DNA of 64,000 nt from Acidimicrobiia bacterium (lineage in GTDB: Bacteria > Actinomycetota > Acidimicrobiia > Spongiisociales > ZC4RG35): assembly GCA_965203555.1 (NCBI GenBank), contig CBDBCY010000004.1, positions 672,001-736,000 of the forward strand, in the 5' to 3' direction. The position numbers were made by a program, and so were the translations under genes. Below the pieces are notes generated by a model, which did no database searches, had not been told where the DNA came from, and was given only the letters and a program-made list of their open reading frames with translations. Within the stretch, counting starts at the first letter, position 1. Each line of letters starts with the position of its first letter. Shown here one piece after another: positions 38,216 through 48,413 of the stretch.

Positions 38216-38385
38216 CCTGTCAGATTATGGAGGTATGCGGGCACCGGGCCGGTGATTTAATCCACCCCGGATCCCTCGGCCACAATCCAATAGTCAAGGC
38301 GGATGGATAACGCTGCTCCGGTTCCCCGAGCAGCCGCCCGTGGGGAATATTCGGAGCAGGTGGCAATCCTGCTCCTGCCGACCGC

Positions 38386-38928
38386 TCAGACCCTCGAATT
38401 CCAACGGGAGGTCCAACGCAGCAACGCCACCACCGTCTTGGCGTCGCGGATCTCTCCCGATTCGATCATCTCCAACGCCTTCCCCAGTCCGATCCGCAAT
38501 ACCTGGGCAACCCTCTCCTCGGCCCCGTCGGGGTTTCGGTCACCCTGGGTCAACTGTTCCGCCGCAAACAGCCGGATCGCTTCATCGGTGTATCCGGGAG
38601 AGGGCAGGATCTCACCAAGGTCCACCAGACGCCCGGCATGAAGGCCGGTCTCCTCCCACAGTTCTCGCCGCGCCGAATCGATGTGCGATGCTTCTCCCTC
38701 CTCCAGCTTCCCCGCCGGGATTTCGAGGACATCTTCCTCAACCGCCGCCCGGTACTGGCGGATCAACGTGACTTCCTCTCCCCACACGGGCAGTATCCCC
38801 ACTCCTCCCCGGTGCCGGATCACATCACGGACGACCGCTGTTCCATCTCCTGCGAGTAGATGAAGACGCTGGTAGTCGAGGACTTTCCCCCGACCCACCG
38901 TGCGAACTCCGAGAAGTCGAAAGCTCAC
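38386..38928 (-). CDS. NUDIX hydrolase (ADP-ribose pyrophosphatase-like)
   Basis: RQYR, EIPAGK...ARRELWEETG, SPGYTDE; lies between pyrG and xerD. Confidence 0.9.
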   Translation of the reverse strand: MSFRLLGVRTVGRGKVLDYQRLHLLAGDGTAVVRDVIRHRGGVGILPVWGEEVTLIRQYRAAVEEDVLEIPAGKLEEGEASHIDSARRELWEETGLHAGRLVDLGEILPSPGYTDEAIRLFAAEQLTQGDRNPDGAEERVAQVLRIGLGKALEMIESGEIRDAKTVVALLRWTSRWNSRV

Positions 38929-40577
38929 CGCTGACCGAGGGTGGATCCCTCCGCGGCTACATACTCCGATTCCTTCTGCAGACGATGAGCCACCGCCTTT
39001 TCCATGAACCCGGCAAAGAGCGGATGGGGATGATCGGGACGGGAAAGGAACTCCGGATGAGCCTGTGTGCCAACGAAGAACGGGTGCGTGGGAAGTTCGA
39101 TGAACTCCACCAGCACGCCGTCGGGAGACATACCGGACATCACCATCCCCCCGTCCACCAGTGCCTTTCGGTACCGGGGATTCACCTCCCACCGATGCCG
39201 ATGACGCTCATATACCAGGTCCGACTGGTAGAGTTCCCGCACCTGCGTCCCGCTGGCGAGACTGGCCGGATACAGACCCAATCGCATGGTCCCACCTTTG
39301 TCCTCCACCCCTTCCTGGCTGGGCATGAGATCTATCACCGGATGGGGGGTGTCGGCGTTGAACTCGGTGCTGTTGGCGTGGGTCAGCTTCAGCCTGTTGC
39401 GGGCAAATTCGATGACAGCGCACTGCAGCCCCAGGCACAGCCCCAAAAAGGGCATACCGGACCGGCGTGCGTAGGCAATGGCCGAAATCTTCCCTTCGAT
39501 GCCCCGACTTCCGAAACCTCCCGGAACCACGATCCCGTCCAATTCGGCCAACACTCCGGGCACCAGCATCCCGGTGAGGTCCTCCGACAGAATCCACTCG
39601 ATGTCCAGCTTCCGGCCAGCACCGGCCGCCGCATGGCGGAGCGCCTCGACCACGGAGGCGTAGGCATCGGGAAGATCCACGTACTTTCCAACCATTCCCA
39701 CCCTCACCGGATCGGTGACGGAGTCCATCCTGGCCAACATCCTCTGCCATCGTTCGAGAGATGGCGGCAGCGTGTGAAGCGAGAGCCGCTCGCAGATGAC
39801 CTCGTCCAAACCTTGTTCCTTCATCAGCAATGGCATCCGATAAATGTTGTCGGTATCCGCCGCGCTGATCACCGCTTTGGGTTTCACATCGCAGAACAAG
39901 CTGATTTTGTTGCGAATCCCTTCGTCGATCTCCTGCTCGGAGCGGACCACGATCACATCCGGAGCGATGCCCTTGGAACGCAACTCTGCCACCGAGTGCT
40001 GAGTGGGCTTGGTCTTCATCTCTTCGGAAGTTTTGAGAAAGGGCGCCAGCGTGACATGGATGTAGGCGATGTTGTCGGGACCCATTTCCTTCCCAAACTG
40101 GCGGATGGCCTCCAGGAACGGAAGGCTCTCTATGTCACCGACCGTCCCACCCACCTCGGTAATCACCACATCGGCGTTGGACTCCTCGCCCAGCCGCTGT
40201 ATCCGGGACTTTATCTCGTTGGTGATGTGCGGAATCACCTGCACGGTGTCACCCAGATAGGCGCCGCGCCTTTCCTTTCTGATTACGGCCAGGTAGACCG
40301 ACCCGGAGGTGACGTTGGAGAGTTGGCGCAGATGCTCCCCGGTGAACCGTTCATAGTGACCGAGGTCGAGATCGGTCTCTCCCCCGTCGTCGGTGACGAA
40401 CACTTCCCCGTGCTGGAACGGGTTCATGGTGCCCGGATCGACGTTTATATAGGGGTCGAGCTTTTGGATCACCACCTGTAGGCCTCGGCTCTTGAGCAAC
40501 CTACCCAGAGAAGCCGCTGTAATGCCCTTTCCGAGACTCGAAACCACCCCTCCGGTGATAAACACGTACCGTGTCAT
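38925..40577 (-). CDS. pyrG: CTP synthase
   Basis: GGVVSSLGKG, DPGTMNPFQHGEV, GLCLG, HPEF. Confidence 0.97.
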   Translation of the reverse strand: MTRYVFITGGVVSSLGKGITAASLGRLLKSRGLQVVIQKLDPYINVDPGTMNPFQHGEVFVTDDGGETDLDLGHYERFTGEHLRQLSNVTSGSVYLAVIRKERRGAYLGDTVQVIPHITNEIKSRIQRLGEESNADVVITEVGGTVGDIESLPFLEAIRQFGKEMGPDNIAYIHVTLAPFLKTSEEMKTKPTQHSVAELRSKGIAPDVIVVRSEQEIDEGIRNKISLFCDVKPKAVISAADTDNIYRMPLLMKEQGLDEVICERLSLHTLPPSLERWQRMLARMDSVTDPVRVGMVGKYVDLPDAYASVVEALRHAAAGAGRKLDIEWILSEDLTGMLVPGVLAELDGIVVPGGFGSRGIEGKISAIAYARRSGMPFLGLCLGLQCAVIEFARNRLKLTHANSTEFNADTPHPVIDLMPSQEGVEDKGGTMRLGLYPASLASGTQVRELYQSDLVYERHRHRWEVNPRYRKALVDGGMVMSGMSPDGVLVEFIELPTHPFFVGTQAHPEFLSRPDHPHPLFAGFMEKAVAHRLQKESEYVAAEGSTLGQR

Positions 40578-40622
40578 GGTCGAGGCTCGGCTTTCTTGGC
40601 CACGAAGGCCAAATTACCACGA

Positions 40623-42230
40623 TCAGTTGATTTTTTTGCTCTTTCCCTCCCACAGGTCCTGTCTCAGCACATACTTTTGAACCTTTCCCGTGGAAGTCTT
40701 GGGTAGCGCCCCCATGATTTCCACCACGTCGGGCGCCTTGAAATGAGCAAGACAGTCCCGAACGTGGGCGATGATCTCCCCCGGTTCGGCTGTCTGTCCC
40801 TCTTTCAGAACCACGTACGCCTTGGGGCGCTCTCCCCAGTATTCGTGCGGCATTGCCACCACCGCTCCCTCCAGCACCGCCGGATGGCTGACCACCGCCT
40901 GCTCCACCTCGATGGTGGAGATGTTCTCGCCTCCGGAGATGATGATGTCCTTCGCCCGATCCCGCAGTTCTATGTAGCCGTCGGGATGCCATACGGCCAG
41001 GTCGCCGGAGTGAAACCACCCTCCCCGGAAGGCCTCCTCGGTGGCGGCGGGATTGTCGTAATAGCCGGACATTACGATGTTGCCCCGCATCACCACCTCG
41101 CCCATGGTCTCGCCATCGCGGGGAATATCGTTCATCCGGGCGTCCACCACCCGGATCGGGTCGGCGCCCACCATCGCTACTCCCTGGCGGGCCATTAGGC
41201 GAGCCCGTTCCTCGGCCGACCTGGAAGCCCAGTCCCCCTGGATTTCGCATACCGTGTAGGGACCGTAAGTCTCGGTCAGCCCGTAGACATGCACGACCTT
41301 GGCACCAAGATCTTCCATCTGCCCGATGATGGTCGGACTGGGCGGGGCGCCCGCAGTGGTGACAGTCAGGGGAGCATCCAGGCGCCGGGCGGAGGGATGG
41401 TTGGCCATACCCACCAGCACAGTGGGCGCCCCGTTGAGATGGCTGATCCCTTCGCTCTGTATAAGACTCCAGATCCGATCAGGCCGCACCGCCCGCAGGC
41501 ACACGTGGCGGCCTCCCACGGCGGTCACCCCCCAAGTGGTACACCATCCGTTGCAGTGGAACATCGGAAGGGTCCAAAGGTAAACCGAATCGCGATCGAA
41601 TCCGGAATGCACCACTTCGCACATGGCGTTCAGATAGGCCCCTCGGTGGGTGTACATGACACCCTTGGGGCGGCCGGTGGTGCCCGAGGTGTAGTTGATG
41701 GAGATGGTACGGAACTCGTCGTCGATCCGCCATGGCAGGGGATCGATGCTTCCGCGTTCCAGGAAGTCCTCGTAGGAGGTGGAGTCGACCTGGGAAGGGA
41801 TGCCCATCTCGTCGATGGTGATCACTTCCCCCAGATCCGGGCAGTCGTCCAGGTGCGGAGCAGCGGCAGGGAGTAGCTCGGTGTCCACCACCAGCACCTT
41901 GGCGCCGGAGTGGGACAGGATGTAGGCGATCTCCGGACCCGACAAACGAGTGTTGATCGCTACCAGCACCGCCTTGGCCAACGGCACCCCGAAGTGGGCG
42001 ATGAGCATCTGCGGGATGTTGGGACACAGATAGGCCACGCGGTCTCCCGGGCCGATTCCCGAGGCTTCCAGCGCCCTGGCCAACCGGGTGGCGTGATCGG
42101 CCATTTCCTGATAGGTGATACGCTGCGATCCGTGCACGATGGCGGTCTTGTCGCCGAACACCTGGGCTGAACGTTCCAGATAGAGAAGAGGAGTAAGGAG
42201 GGTCTCGTCTACCCGACGGGGGTTGGTCAA
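40623..42230 (-). CDS. Acyl-CoA synthetase (AMP-forming, short/medium-chain type)
   Basis: YTSGTTGRPKG, PMFHCNGW, YGLTE, KDIIISGGENI, PKTSTGK. Confidence 0.92.
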   Translation of the reverse strand: MTNPRRVDETLLTPLLYLERSAQVFGDKTAIVHGSQRITYQEMADHATRLARALEASGIGPGDRVAYLCPNIPQMLIAHFGVPLAKAVLVAINTRLSGPEIAYILSHSGAKVLVVDTELLPAAAPHLDDCPDLGEVITIDEMGIPSQVDSTSYEDFLERGSIDPLPWRIDDEFRTISINYTSGTTGRPKGVMYTHRGAYLNAMCEVVHSGFDRDSVYLWTLPMFHCNGWCTTWGVTAVGGRHVCLRAVRPDRIWSLIQSEGISHLNGAPTVLVGMANHPSARRLDAPLTVTTAGAPPSPTIIGQMEDLGAKVVHVYGLTETYGPYTVCEIQGDWASRSAEERARLMARQGVAMVGADPIRVVDARMNDIPRDGETMGEVVMRGNIVMSGYYDNPAATEEAFRGGWFHSGDLAVWHPDGYIELRDRAKDIIISGGENISTIEVEQAVVSHPAVLEGAVVAMPHEYWGERPKAYVVLKEGQTAEPGEIIAHVRDCLAHFKAPDVVEIMGALPKTSTGKVQKYVLRQDLWEGKSKKIN

Positions 42231-43012
42231 CTGCCGCTCCAGACCGGAGTCCGCTTCTCTACGAACGCCCCCATCCCCTCTTGGGCGTCATTCATCGCCG
42301 CGTTCGCCACCATCACTCGCTTGGTGTACCCGTAGGCGTCCTCTTCGGCCATCTCCACCTGCTGATAGAAGGCGGCCTTGCCGAGCCCCACCACCGCCGG
42401 GCTGGACTTGGTGATGTGGGCCAGCAGGACATCCAATGTGTCATCCAGCTCGGCCGGGCTCACCACCCGGTTCACCAGACCCCACTCCCGGGCCGTCAAC
42501 GCATCGATCGGCTGGCCGGTGAGCAGCATCTCCAAGGCCCTCTTGCGTCCCACCGCCCGGCTCAACGGGACCATGGGAGTGGAGCAGAACAGCCCGATCT
42601 TGACTCCCGGAGTGGCAAAGGTGGCCGTATCCACCGCCACCGCCAGGTCGCAGGAGGCAACCAGCTGGCATCCAGCCGCATAAGCCGGTCCGTGCACTCG
42701 CGCAACCACCGGCTGGGGTATGTGGTGGACGGTGAGCATCATCTCGGTGCAGATGTCGAATAACTCCTCCACGAAGCCGGGAGCCGGGTCGATCATCTCT
42801 TTCAGGTCATGCCCGGCCGAGAAGACCGGTCCCTCTCCGGCGATCACCACCGCCTGGCAGTCGGAGTCAAGACTGTTCAGCGCTTCGATCACCTGCTTCA
42901 TGGTTTCCATGCCCAGCGGATTTCGGCGACGAGGATCGTTGAGAATGATCCTGGTAACAGGGGTTTCGTCTTTTACTAACACATAGCTCATCTTCATCAG
43001 AATAGACGACAT
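42227..43012 (-). CDS. Enoyl-CoA hydratase/isomerase family protein
   Basis: FSAGHDLKE, AAGCQLVASCD, FATPGVKIGLFCSTP. Confidence 0.9.
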   Translation of the reverse strand: MSSILMKMSYVLVKDETPVTRIILNDPRRRNPLGMETMKQVIEALNSLDSDCQAVVIAGEGPVFSAGHDLKEMIDPAPGFVEELFDICTEMMLTVHHIPQPVVARVHGPAYAAGCQLVASCDLAVAVDTATFATPGVKIGLFCSTPMVPLSRAVGRKRALEMLLTGQPIDALTAREWGLVNRVVSPAELDDTLDVLLAHITKSSPAVVGLGKAAFYQQVEMAEEDAYGYTKRVMVANAAMNDAQEGMGAFVEKRTPVWSGS

Positions 43013-43100
43013 CCCAATGTGTCACCGCTCTCCCGGCGTTCATGCTCCGTGCCCCTGAGGTACGACTCCTGCCTGCGCCTTCAACCCGACAGGCGCATCT

Positions 43101-44819
43101 TTATGCTGTCGAGAGGGTCCTGACCTGCGCCGAGAGGGACGCATAGATCTTGGCAACGGCCCTGTCGAGTTCGGGCGGCTTCGATTCCACCTCCCTGTAC
43201 AGAACCTTACGGTCCAGTTCGGGAATACGCTCTCCGCCTACCATCACACGGCGCGAAAAACCCTCACCGTCGAATTCCCAGGTGGCCACAATCAATAGAT
43301 CGAACGGGTCGTTGGCGGTTTTACCTTCGTAGCGGTTGAGCTCGTATCGAAAACGCAACTCGAACCGCCACCTCCCCGCCAGATCAAAGCCTTGCTCCAT
43401 CAGGGACTCCCTCATGACAGCCCAGTCCCCGGTCTGAACCCATCCCTGGAAAGAATCATGTGACGCGCGCCATACGTAGGAGAACGTGTCTCGTACGCCG
43501 CGGAAAAGGGGACTCAAAAGGGGCCCGCACGACGATACGATTTCCTTCACCAGCGGCCAGATGTGCCTGTAGTAGGCAGCGTCCAGGTTTCTGACAACTG
43601 ATCGGTCCGACTCGGTTTTCCTTTCCTTGGCCAAGGTGGCCAACTCCTGCTCTGCCTCGAATCGCTCCAGCATGCCTGCGAAGTCGGAGAGAGGCACGAC
43701 CTTGCACTCACTGCGGGACTGAGAGGCGAAACCCCCATAGACCAGGACCTTCCGGGTTACTCCGGGAACCAGGTCTCCCACCCTGTTGAGGGATCGAAAA
43801 AAATCGGATGAGACAGTGGCGCCCGACTTGATCTCGCTGGCCCAGATGCCGCGACCTGTCTCGTAGAAGAGGTCGCATTCCAGACCTCGGGCATCTCGAA
43901 AGAAAGAGAGATTGGATCGACGCCCTCGGTTGAATCGATGCTTGAGCGCTTCCACCACGACCGCGTTCTCGAACAGGGCTCCCCGCAACGGATGGGTGGA
44001 CATTTGCTCCACGAGCCTTATGCCGATCAGGTAACTGGCAAGCCCGACATCGTAGAAGTACAGCTTGGGCGACTTGATCAACCGCTTGCCGATGTTCACG
44101 TAGTATGGCTCCAACTGGAAGAGGATGTAGCTTCTTTCAAGTATCGAAAGCCATCCCCGCACGGTTGCGCGAGATACGCCGACATCAGAACTCAGCGAAC
44201 TGAGGTTGACAAGCTGGCCTACCCGTCCGGCGCAGATACGCACGAAACGCCGGAACGTGGACAGATCGCGAACCCCTCCGATGCGACGCACCTCGCGCTC
44301 GACGTAGTTTTCGAAGTAGTCCCCGAGCGCCTGCCTGGGATCGAGACCTTGATCGAAGATTCTCGGGTAAAACCCCGAATAGAGAATATCGTCGACTTTC
44401 TCGCCGGCTCCAGTCATTCGCCGTTCTGCCAAGGAGAACGGAAGAAGACGGAGAAGGGCCGTCCTGCCGGCCAGCGATTGACTGACCGTGTCGGAGAACC
44501 TGAACTGTTCACTTCCCGTCAACACGTAAAGTCCGTTACGGCCTTTCTCATCGGCAAGCACCTGCAAATAGGACAGAAGATCCGGAACATGTTGGACCTC
44601 ATCCAGAATTGCTCCTTCCCCCAGATGCGCGAGAAAGCCTCGAGGATCGGATTCAGCGAAGTCCCGCTGATCGGGGGCTTCGAGATTGGCGTATCCGAGG
44701 CCGGGAAAAGTTGAACGGCAAAGGGTGGTCTTTCCCGATTGGCGAGGGCCTGTGACAGTGACAAAAGGATACTGCCGGAATAGCCGGAGCAAGCAGGGGA
44801 CCATCTCACGCTCAATCAT
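43101..44819 (-). CDS. AAA_14 plus DUF4143 ATP-binding protein with extra C-terminal domain
   Basis: GPRQSGKTT, ILDEVQ, LTGS, LAGR, KSPKLYFYDVG, GALFEN, ECD...EIK; about 180 extra C-terminal aa. Confidence 0.88.
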   Translation of the reverse strand: MIEREMVPCLLRLFRQYPFVTVTGPRQSGKTTLCRSTFPGLGYANLEAPDQRDFAESDPRGFLAHLGEGAILDEVQHVPDLLSYLQVLADEKGRNGLYVLTGSEQFRFSDTVSQSLAGRTALLRLLPFSLAERRMTGAGEKVDDILYSGFYPRIFDQGLDPRQALGDYFENYVEREVRRIGGVRDLSTFRRFVRICAGRVGQLVNLSSLSSDVGVSRATVRGWLSILERSYILFQLEPYYVNIGKRLIKSPKLYFYDVGLASYLIGIRLVEQMSTHPLRGALFENAVVVEALKHRFNRGRRSNLSFFRDARGLECDLFYETGRGIWASEIKSGATVSSDFFRSLNRVGDLVPGVTRKVLVYGGFASQSRSECKVVPLSDFAGMLERFEAEQELATLAKERKTESDRSVVRNLDAAYYRHIWPLVKEIVSSCGPLLSPLFRGVRDTFSYVWRASHDSFQGWVQTGDWAVMRESLMEQGFDLAGRWRFELRFRYELNRYEGKTANDPFDLLIVATWEFDGEGFSRRVMVGGERIPELDRKVLYREVESKPPELDRAVAKIYASLSAQVRTLSTA

Positions 44820-45006
44820 TTACTGTCCATTTATACGCAACCATATGCAAAATGGAAAGTACTAACTGCATATTGCACAGAAATACTAGATGGATTGGCC
44901 GTAAAAACGGCTAGGAGTCTGACGGACCGGATCGGATTCGTCTGCCCAGCACGCAGGGGACTTCCCGGTGAGACCCCATGCCCAGTAATCAGACCCGGGC
45001 TGGAGT

Positions 45007-46605
45007 CTACGATCCTGAGCCGGCCGTCCTCAACAGTTCACGGGCTGCGTCCCGCCCGGAGACGTTGTCCGGGTCGCCGGACATCATCCGGGTCAGCTCG
45101 GCCACTCGGTCCTCTCCGCCGACCAGCCGTAACGACGCCGAGGGCCCCTCCCGCTCGATGACCCAGTGCTGGCCCGCAAACGCCGCCACCGAGGCCAGGT
45201 GAGTGACGCACAGCACCTGCGCTTCCCGGGAAACCGCCGCCAGCTTCCGCCCCAACGCCAGGGCAACCGCACCGCCCAGACCGGCATCCACCTCGTCGAA
45301 GACCATCGTCGACGCCGAGCCACTGCCGGTTGCCAATCGAAGCGCAAGCACCAGTCTGCTCAGTTCGCCACCCGAGGCGACCCGAGCCACTTCGCCCGGC
45401 GAGAGCCGCTCATCCGAAGAGAACAGCAGACGGATCCGATCGCACCCGTGGGCGGCCGGCGGTGATTCCGAGACCTCAAAGCGCAGCACGGGATTGCCGA
45501 AACCCAGTTCTCGAAGATGTTGCAGTGCAATCTTGGCCAGTTGCCTACCTGCCCTTCGTCGGGCTTCCGACAGGGCCTTTCCCCATCGCAGAACCTGCCG
45601 GTCGGCCTCTGTCAGAGCCGACTCCAGCTCGTCGGCTGTCTCCAACAGTTCCCGGATCTCTTCTCTACGAGTCCTCGCCCGTGCGCCGAACTCCAACACC
45701 TCTGCCAGGGTGGACCCGTATTTGCGGCGCAGATTGCCCAGCAGCGCCAGGCGCTGTTCCAATTCCTCCAGCGTCCCGAAGTCCGAGTCAAGGTCCTCCC
45801 CCGCACCGTCCAACTGGTAGGCGGTTTCTTCCATGAGTTGTTCCACGGAGTCAACCACCGACATGAGTTCATGAAGTTCCGGGTCGAGTCTCAGCGCCGC
45901 GTTCAATTCACCTGAAGTACCCGACAGGGCCTCCCGGGCCGCTGCCAGTCCTTCCCCCGCTTTGCTGAGGTGACCTCGCAGGGCCTCCCGGTTGCGAAGC
46001 CGTCGGGCTTCGATAATGAGCCGTTGATCTTCATCCGGAGAGAACCCCGCCCTCTCTATCTCCCTGGCTTGGAAGGAGACCATATCCAGTTCCCGCTCCA
46101 AAGCGGCCCTGCCTCCTCCCAGCGCCGAACGAATGCCTTCCAACCTGCGCTTCTCTTCCCAGCTTCTTCGATATGACTCATATGTCTCCGTGACACCGTC
46201 ATCCAAAGTCGCGTCCAGCATTTGCCGCACCTGGGCAGAGCGACGCAGGCGCAGATGGTCCTGCTGGCCGATAATTTCCACCACGTCGCCGATCTTCTCG
46301 GACAGGAATGCGGCAGAAACCACCATCCCGTCCAGATATCCCCGGCTTCTCCCCTTCTTGGGGATCTTGCGAGTGGCGCCCACCTCCTCACCGTTCACCA
46401 CCCACCGGCCTCCCACCACCGCCTCATCCCCAAACGGTCCCACCGCCCGGGAGTCGGCAGGTTCTCCCATCAGCAACCGCAAAGCGCCAAGCAACAAGGT
46501 CTTGCCGGTTCCGGTCTCCCCGGTTATCACTACCAGCCCGTTCTGCGGCCGGAACTCCGCTTCCTCTATCACACCCAGGTTCTTGACGATCAGTTCGTCG
46601 AGCAT
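45007..46605 (-). CDS. recN: DNA repair protein RecN
   Basis: TGETGTGK, coiled coil, ASGGELSR, FDEVDAG, VTHL. Confidence 0.93.
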   Translation of the reverse strand: MLDELIVKNLGVIEEAEFRPQNGLVVITGETGTGKTLLLGALRLLMGEPADSRAVGPFGDEAVVGGRWVVNGEEVGATRKIPKKGRSRGYLDGMVVSAAFLSEKIGDVVEIIGQQDHLRLRRSAQVRQMLDATLDDGVTETYESYRRSWEEKRRLEGIRSALGGGRAALERELDMVSFQAREIERAGFSPDEDQRLIIEARRLRNREALRGHLSKAGEGLAAAREALSGTSGELNAALRLDPELHELMSVVDSVEQLMEETAYQLDGAGEDLDSDFGTLEELEQRLALLGNLRRKYGSTLAEVLEFGARARTRREEIRELLETADELESALTEADRQVLRWGKALSEARRRAGRQLAKIALQHLRELGFGNPVLRFEVSESPPAAHGCDRIRLLFSSDERLSPGEVARVASGGELSRLVLALRLATGSGSASTMVFDEVDAGLGGAVALALGRKLAAVSREAQVLCVTHLASVAAFAGQHWVIEREGPSASLRLVGGEDRVAELTRMMSGDPDNVSGRDAARELLRTAGSGS

Positions 46606-46609
46606 CGAC

Positions 46610-47407
46610 TCACAATCCAAACCGCTCGATCACGATGGTGGAAAAAACGATCTGCTCGAACGCCACAAACATCACCGGACGTGGTCCCCGACGCACGACC
46701 ACCTCTTCACCCATACCCAAAGAGGCGGTGTTGCGACCGTCCACCGAGACCTGAACACCCCGGTCGCGGGCCACCCGAAAACGGATCACCGACTCCGGGG
46801 AGAGCACCAGCGCCCGAGAGAAGAGCGAATGGGGCGCCACCGGAGTCATCACCAACGCCTCCACGCGGTTGTCAAGCAGGGGTCCTCCCGCCGAGAAACT
46901 GTAGGCGGTGGAGCCGGTGGGAGTGGAGATCACCACTCCATCCGCCCGATAGGAGAGCATCGGTTCGGAGTCGACTTCCACCTGTAGTTCGATCAGACGC
47001 TGGCTGTCTATCTTCTCCACCACCACATCGTTCACCCCCACATCGGTGAGGCCGTCCAGTTCTGCCATCACTGTCATCCGGGGAACCAATCGATAGTGAC
47101 CTTTCTCCAGAAGGTCGAGCGTCTCGGTGAGATGGCAAGGATCGGCAGCCGCCAGGAAACCAAGCGTCCCCAGATTGAATCCCAGCACCGGCTGGTTGGC
47201 CGCCAACGCCAAACTCACGGCCCTCAGCATGGTCCCGTCCCCGCCGGTGGCGATCACCATCTCGAGCGGCAGATCGGGAGAAAGATCAACTCCGTCCTTC
47301 CCGTCCACCCACACTGTCCACCCCCGGTTTCCGGCCTCGGTCACCAATCGGTCCGTGAATTCCAATGCTTCAGATCGTACCCGGTTGGGCACCACTCCCA
47401 CTCTCAT
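46610..47407 (-). CDS. nadK: NAD kinase
   Basis: GGDGT, NLGTLGFL, DGVVISTPTGSTAYSFSAGGP. Confidence 0.95.
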   Translation of the reverse strand: MRVGVVPNRVRSEALEFTDRLVTEAGNRGWTVWVDGKDGVDLSPDLPLEMVIATGGDGTMLRAVSLALAANQPVLGFNLGTLGFLAAADPCHLTETLDLLEKGHYRLVPRMTVMAELDGLTDVGVNDVVVEKIDSQRLIELQVEVDSEPMLSYRADGVVISTPTGSTAYSFSAGGPLLDNRVEALVMTPVAPHSLFSRALVLSPESVIRFRVARDRGVQVSVDGRNTASLGMGEEVVVRRGPRPVMFVAFEQIVFSTIVIERFGL

Positions 47408-48168
47408 TGCTCCTCCCATCCTTCCTTTTGCTCTGCTCCCTTCACGGACCATATGAAGAACTCCCGGTTTCCAGACTTGGCGCCCACCAAGGGGGAGACG
47501 ACCACCCGCCGGGAACCGAGGCCCGTCTCCTTCAAACAGGAACCCACCTTGCGGATAACCTGTGAATGAACCATCGGATCTTTAACCACTCCTCTTTTTC
47601 CGACCAAACGCCGACCCGCCTCGAATTGGGGTTTCACGAGCGTCAAACAGTCTGCTCCCTCCTTGGCCAATTCGCTCAGACGGCCAGCCACCGCACACAA
47701 CGAGATAAAGGATAGGTCGGCCACCAATATATCGAACAGTCCCAGATCGGATGATTTCACATACCTCAAGTTGGTCCGGTCCCGCACCTCCACCCGGGGA
47801 TCTCGAGCGAGCCGGGGATGAAGTTGTCCGTATCCCACGTCCAGGGCAGTCACCCACCCCGCCCCCCGCTGCAACAGTACGTCGGTAAAGCCGCCGGTCG
47901 AAGCCCCGGCATCAAGGCACCGCTTCCCGTCAGGACTCACTCCCAGTACCTCCAAGGCATGGTCGAGTTTCTCGCCGCCCCGGGAGACGAAGCGAGGACC
48001 GGCGGAACCAAGCATGATCGCCGTGGCAGTCCCCACCAGGGTGGCGGGCCGGGGCGCCAGGACCCCCTCCACCCGCACCTCACCGGCAGTGATCAAACGC
48101 TGTGCTTCGGTGCGACTTCGGGCCTGTCCTCTCTCCACCAGTTCCTGGTCCAGCCGTCGCCGCTTCAG
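47404..48168 (-). CDS. tlyA: TlyA rRNA 2'-O-methyltransferase (probable CTG start)
   Basis: S4 start KRRRLDQELVERG, FVSRGGEKL, DAGASTGGFTD, DLSFIS, LVKPQFE, GNREF. Confidence 0.92.
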   Translation of the reverse strand: MKRRRLDQELVERGQARSRTEAQRLITAGEVRVEGVLAPRPATLVGTATAIMLGSAGPRFVSRGGEKLDHALEVLGVSPDGKRCLDAGASTGGFTDVLLQRGAGWVTALDVGYGQLHPRLARDPRVEVRDRTNLRYVKSSDLGLFDILVADLSFISLCAVAGRLSELAKEGADCLTLVKPQFEAGRRLVGKRGVVKDPMVHSQVIRKVGSCLKETGLGSRRVVVSPLVGAKSGNREFFIWSVKGAEQKEGWEEQ

Positions 48169-48362
48169 CTTTTCTTCCCTTCCTTTCCCTCCAGCAGATC
48201 CTCCAGCAAGTCAGCCAGTTGTTCGGCGGGCGTCAGGGAGTCGGCGCCGGTGGCATCTTCCAGTTCGCCCAGTAGCCGGCGCGCTTCTTCCAAGCGGGGA
48301 TCGGGCCGGTCGACCGCCGCCCTGTCGGCGCTGTTACCCACTGGTGGCGGATTGTCTTTCAC
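48165..48362 (-). CDS. Small acidic hypothetical protein coupled to tlyA
   Basis: CATAAT just upstream of the GTG; stop overlaps the tlyA start. Confidence 0.55.
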   Translation of the reverse strand: MKDNPPPVGNSADRAAVDRPDPRLEEARRLLGELEDATGADSLTPAEQLADLLEDLLEGKEGKKS

Positions 48363-48413
48363 CTCCCTGATTATGGCAACGCCTGCCCGGTCATCACCAC
48401 CTGATAATCCCCT

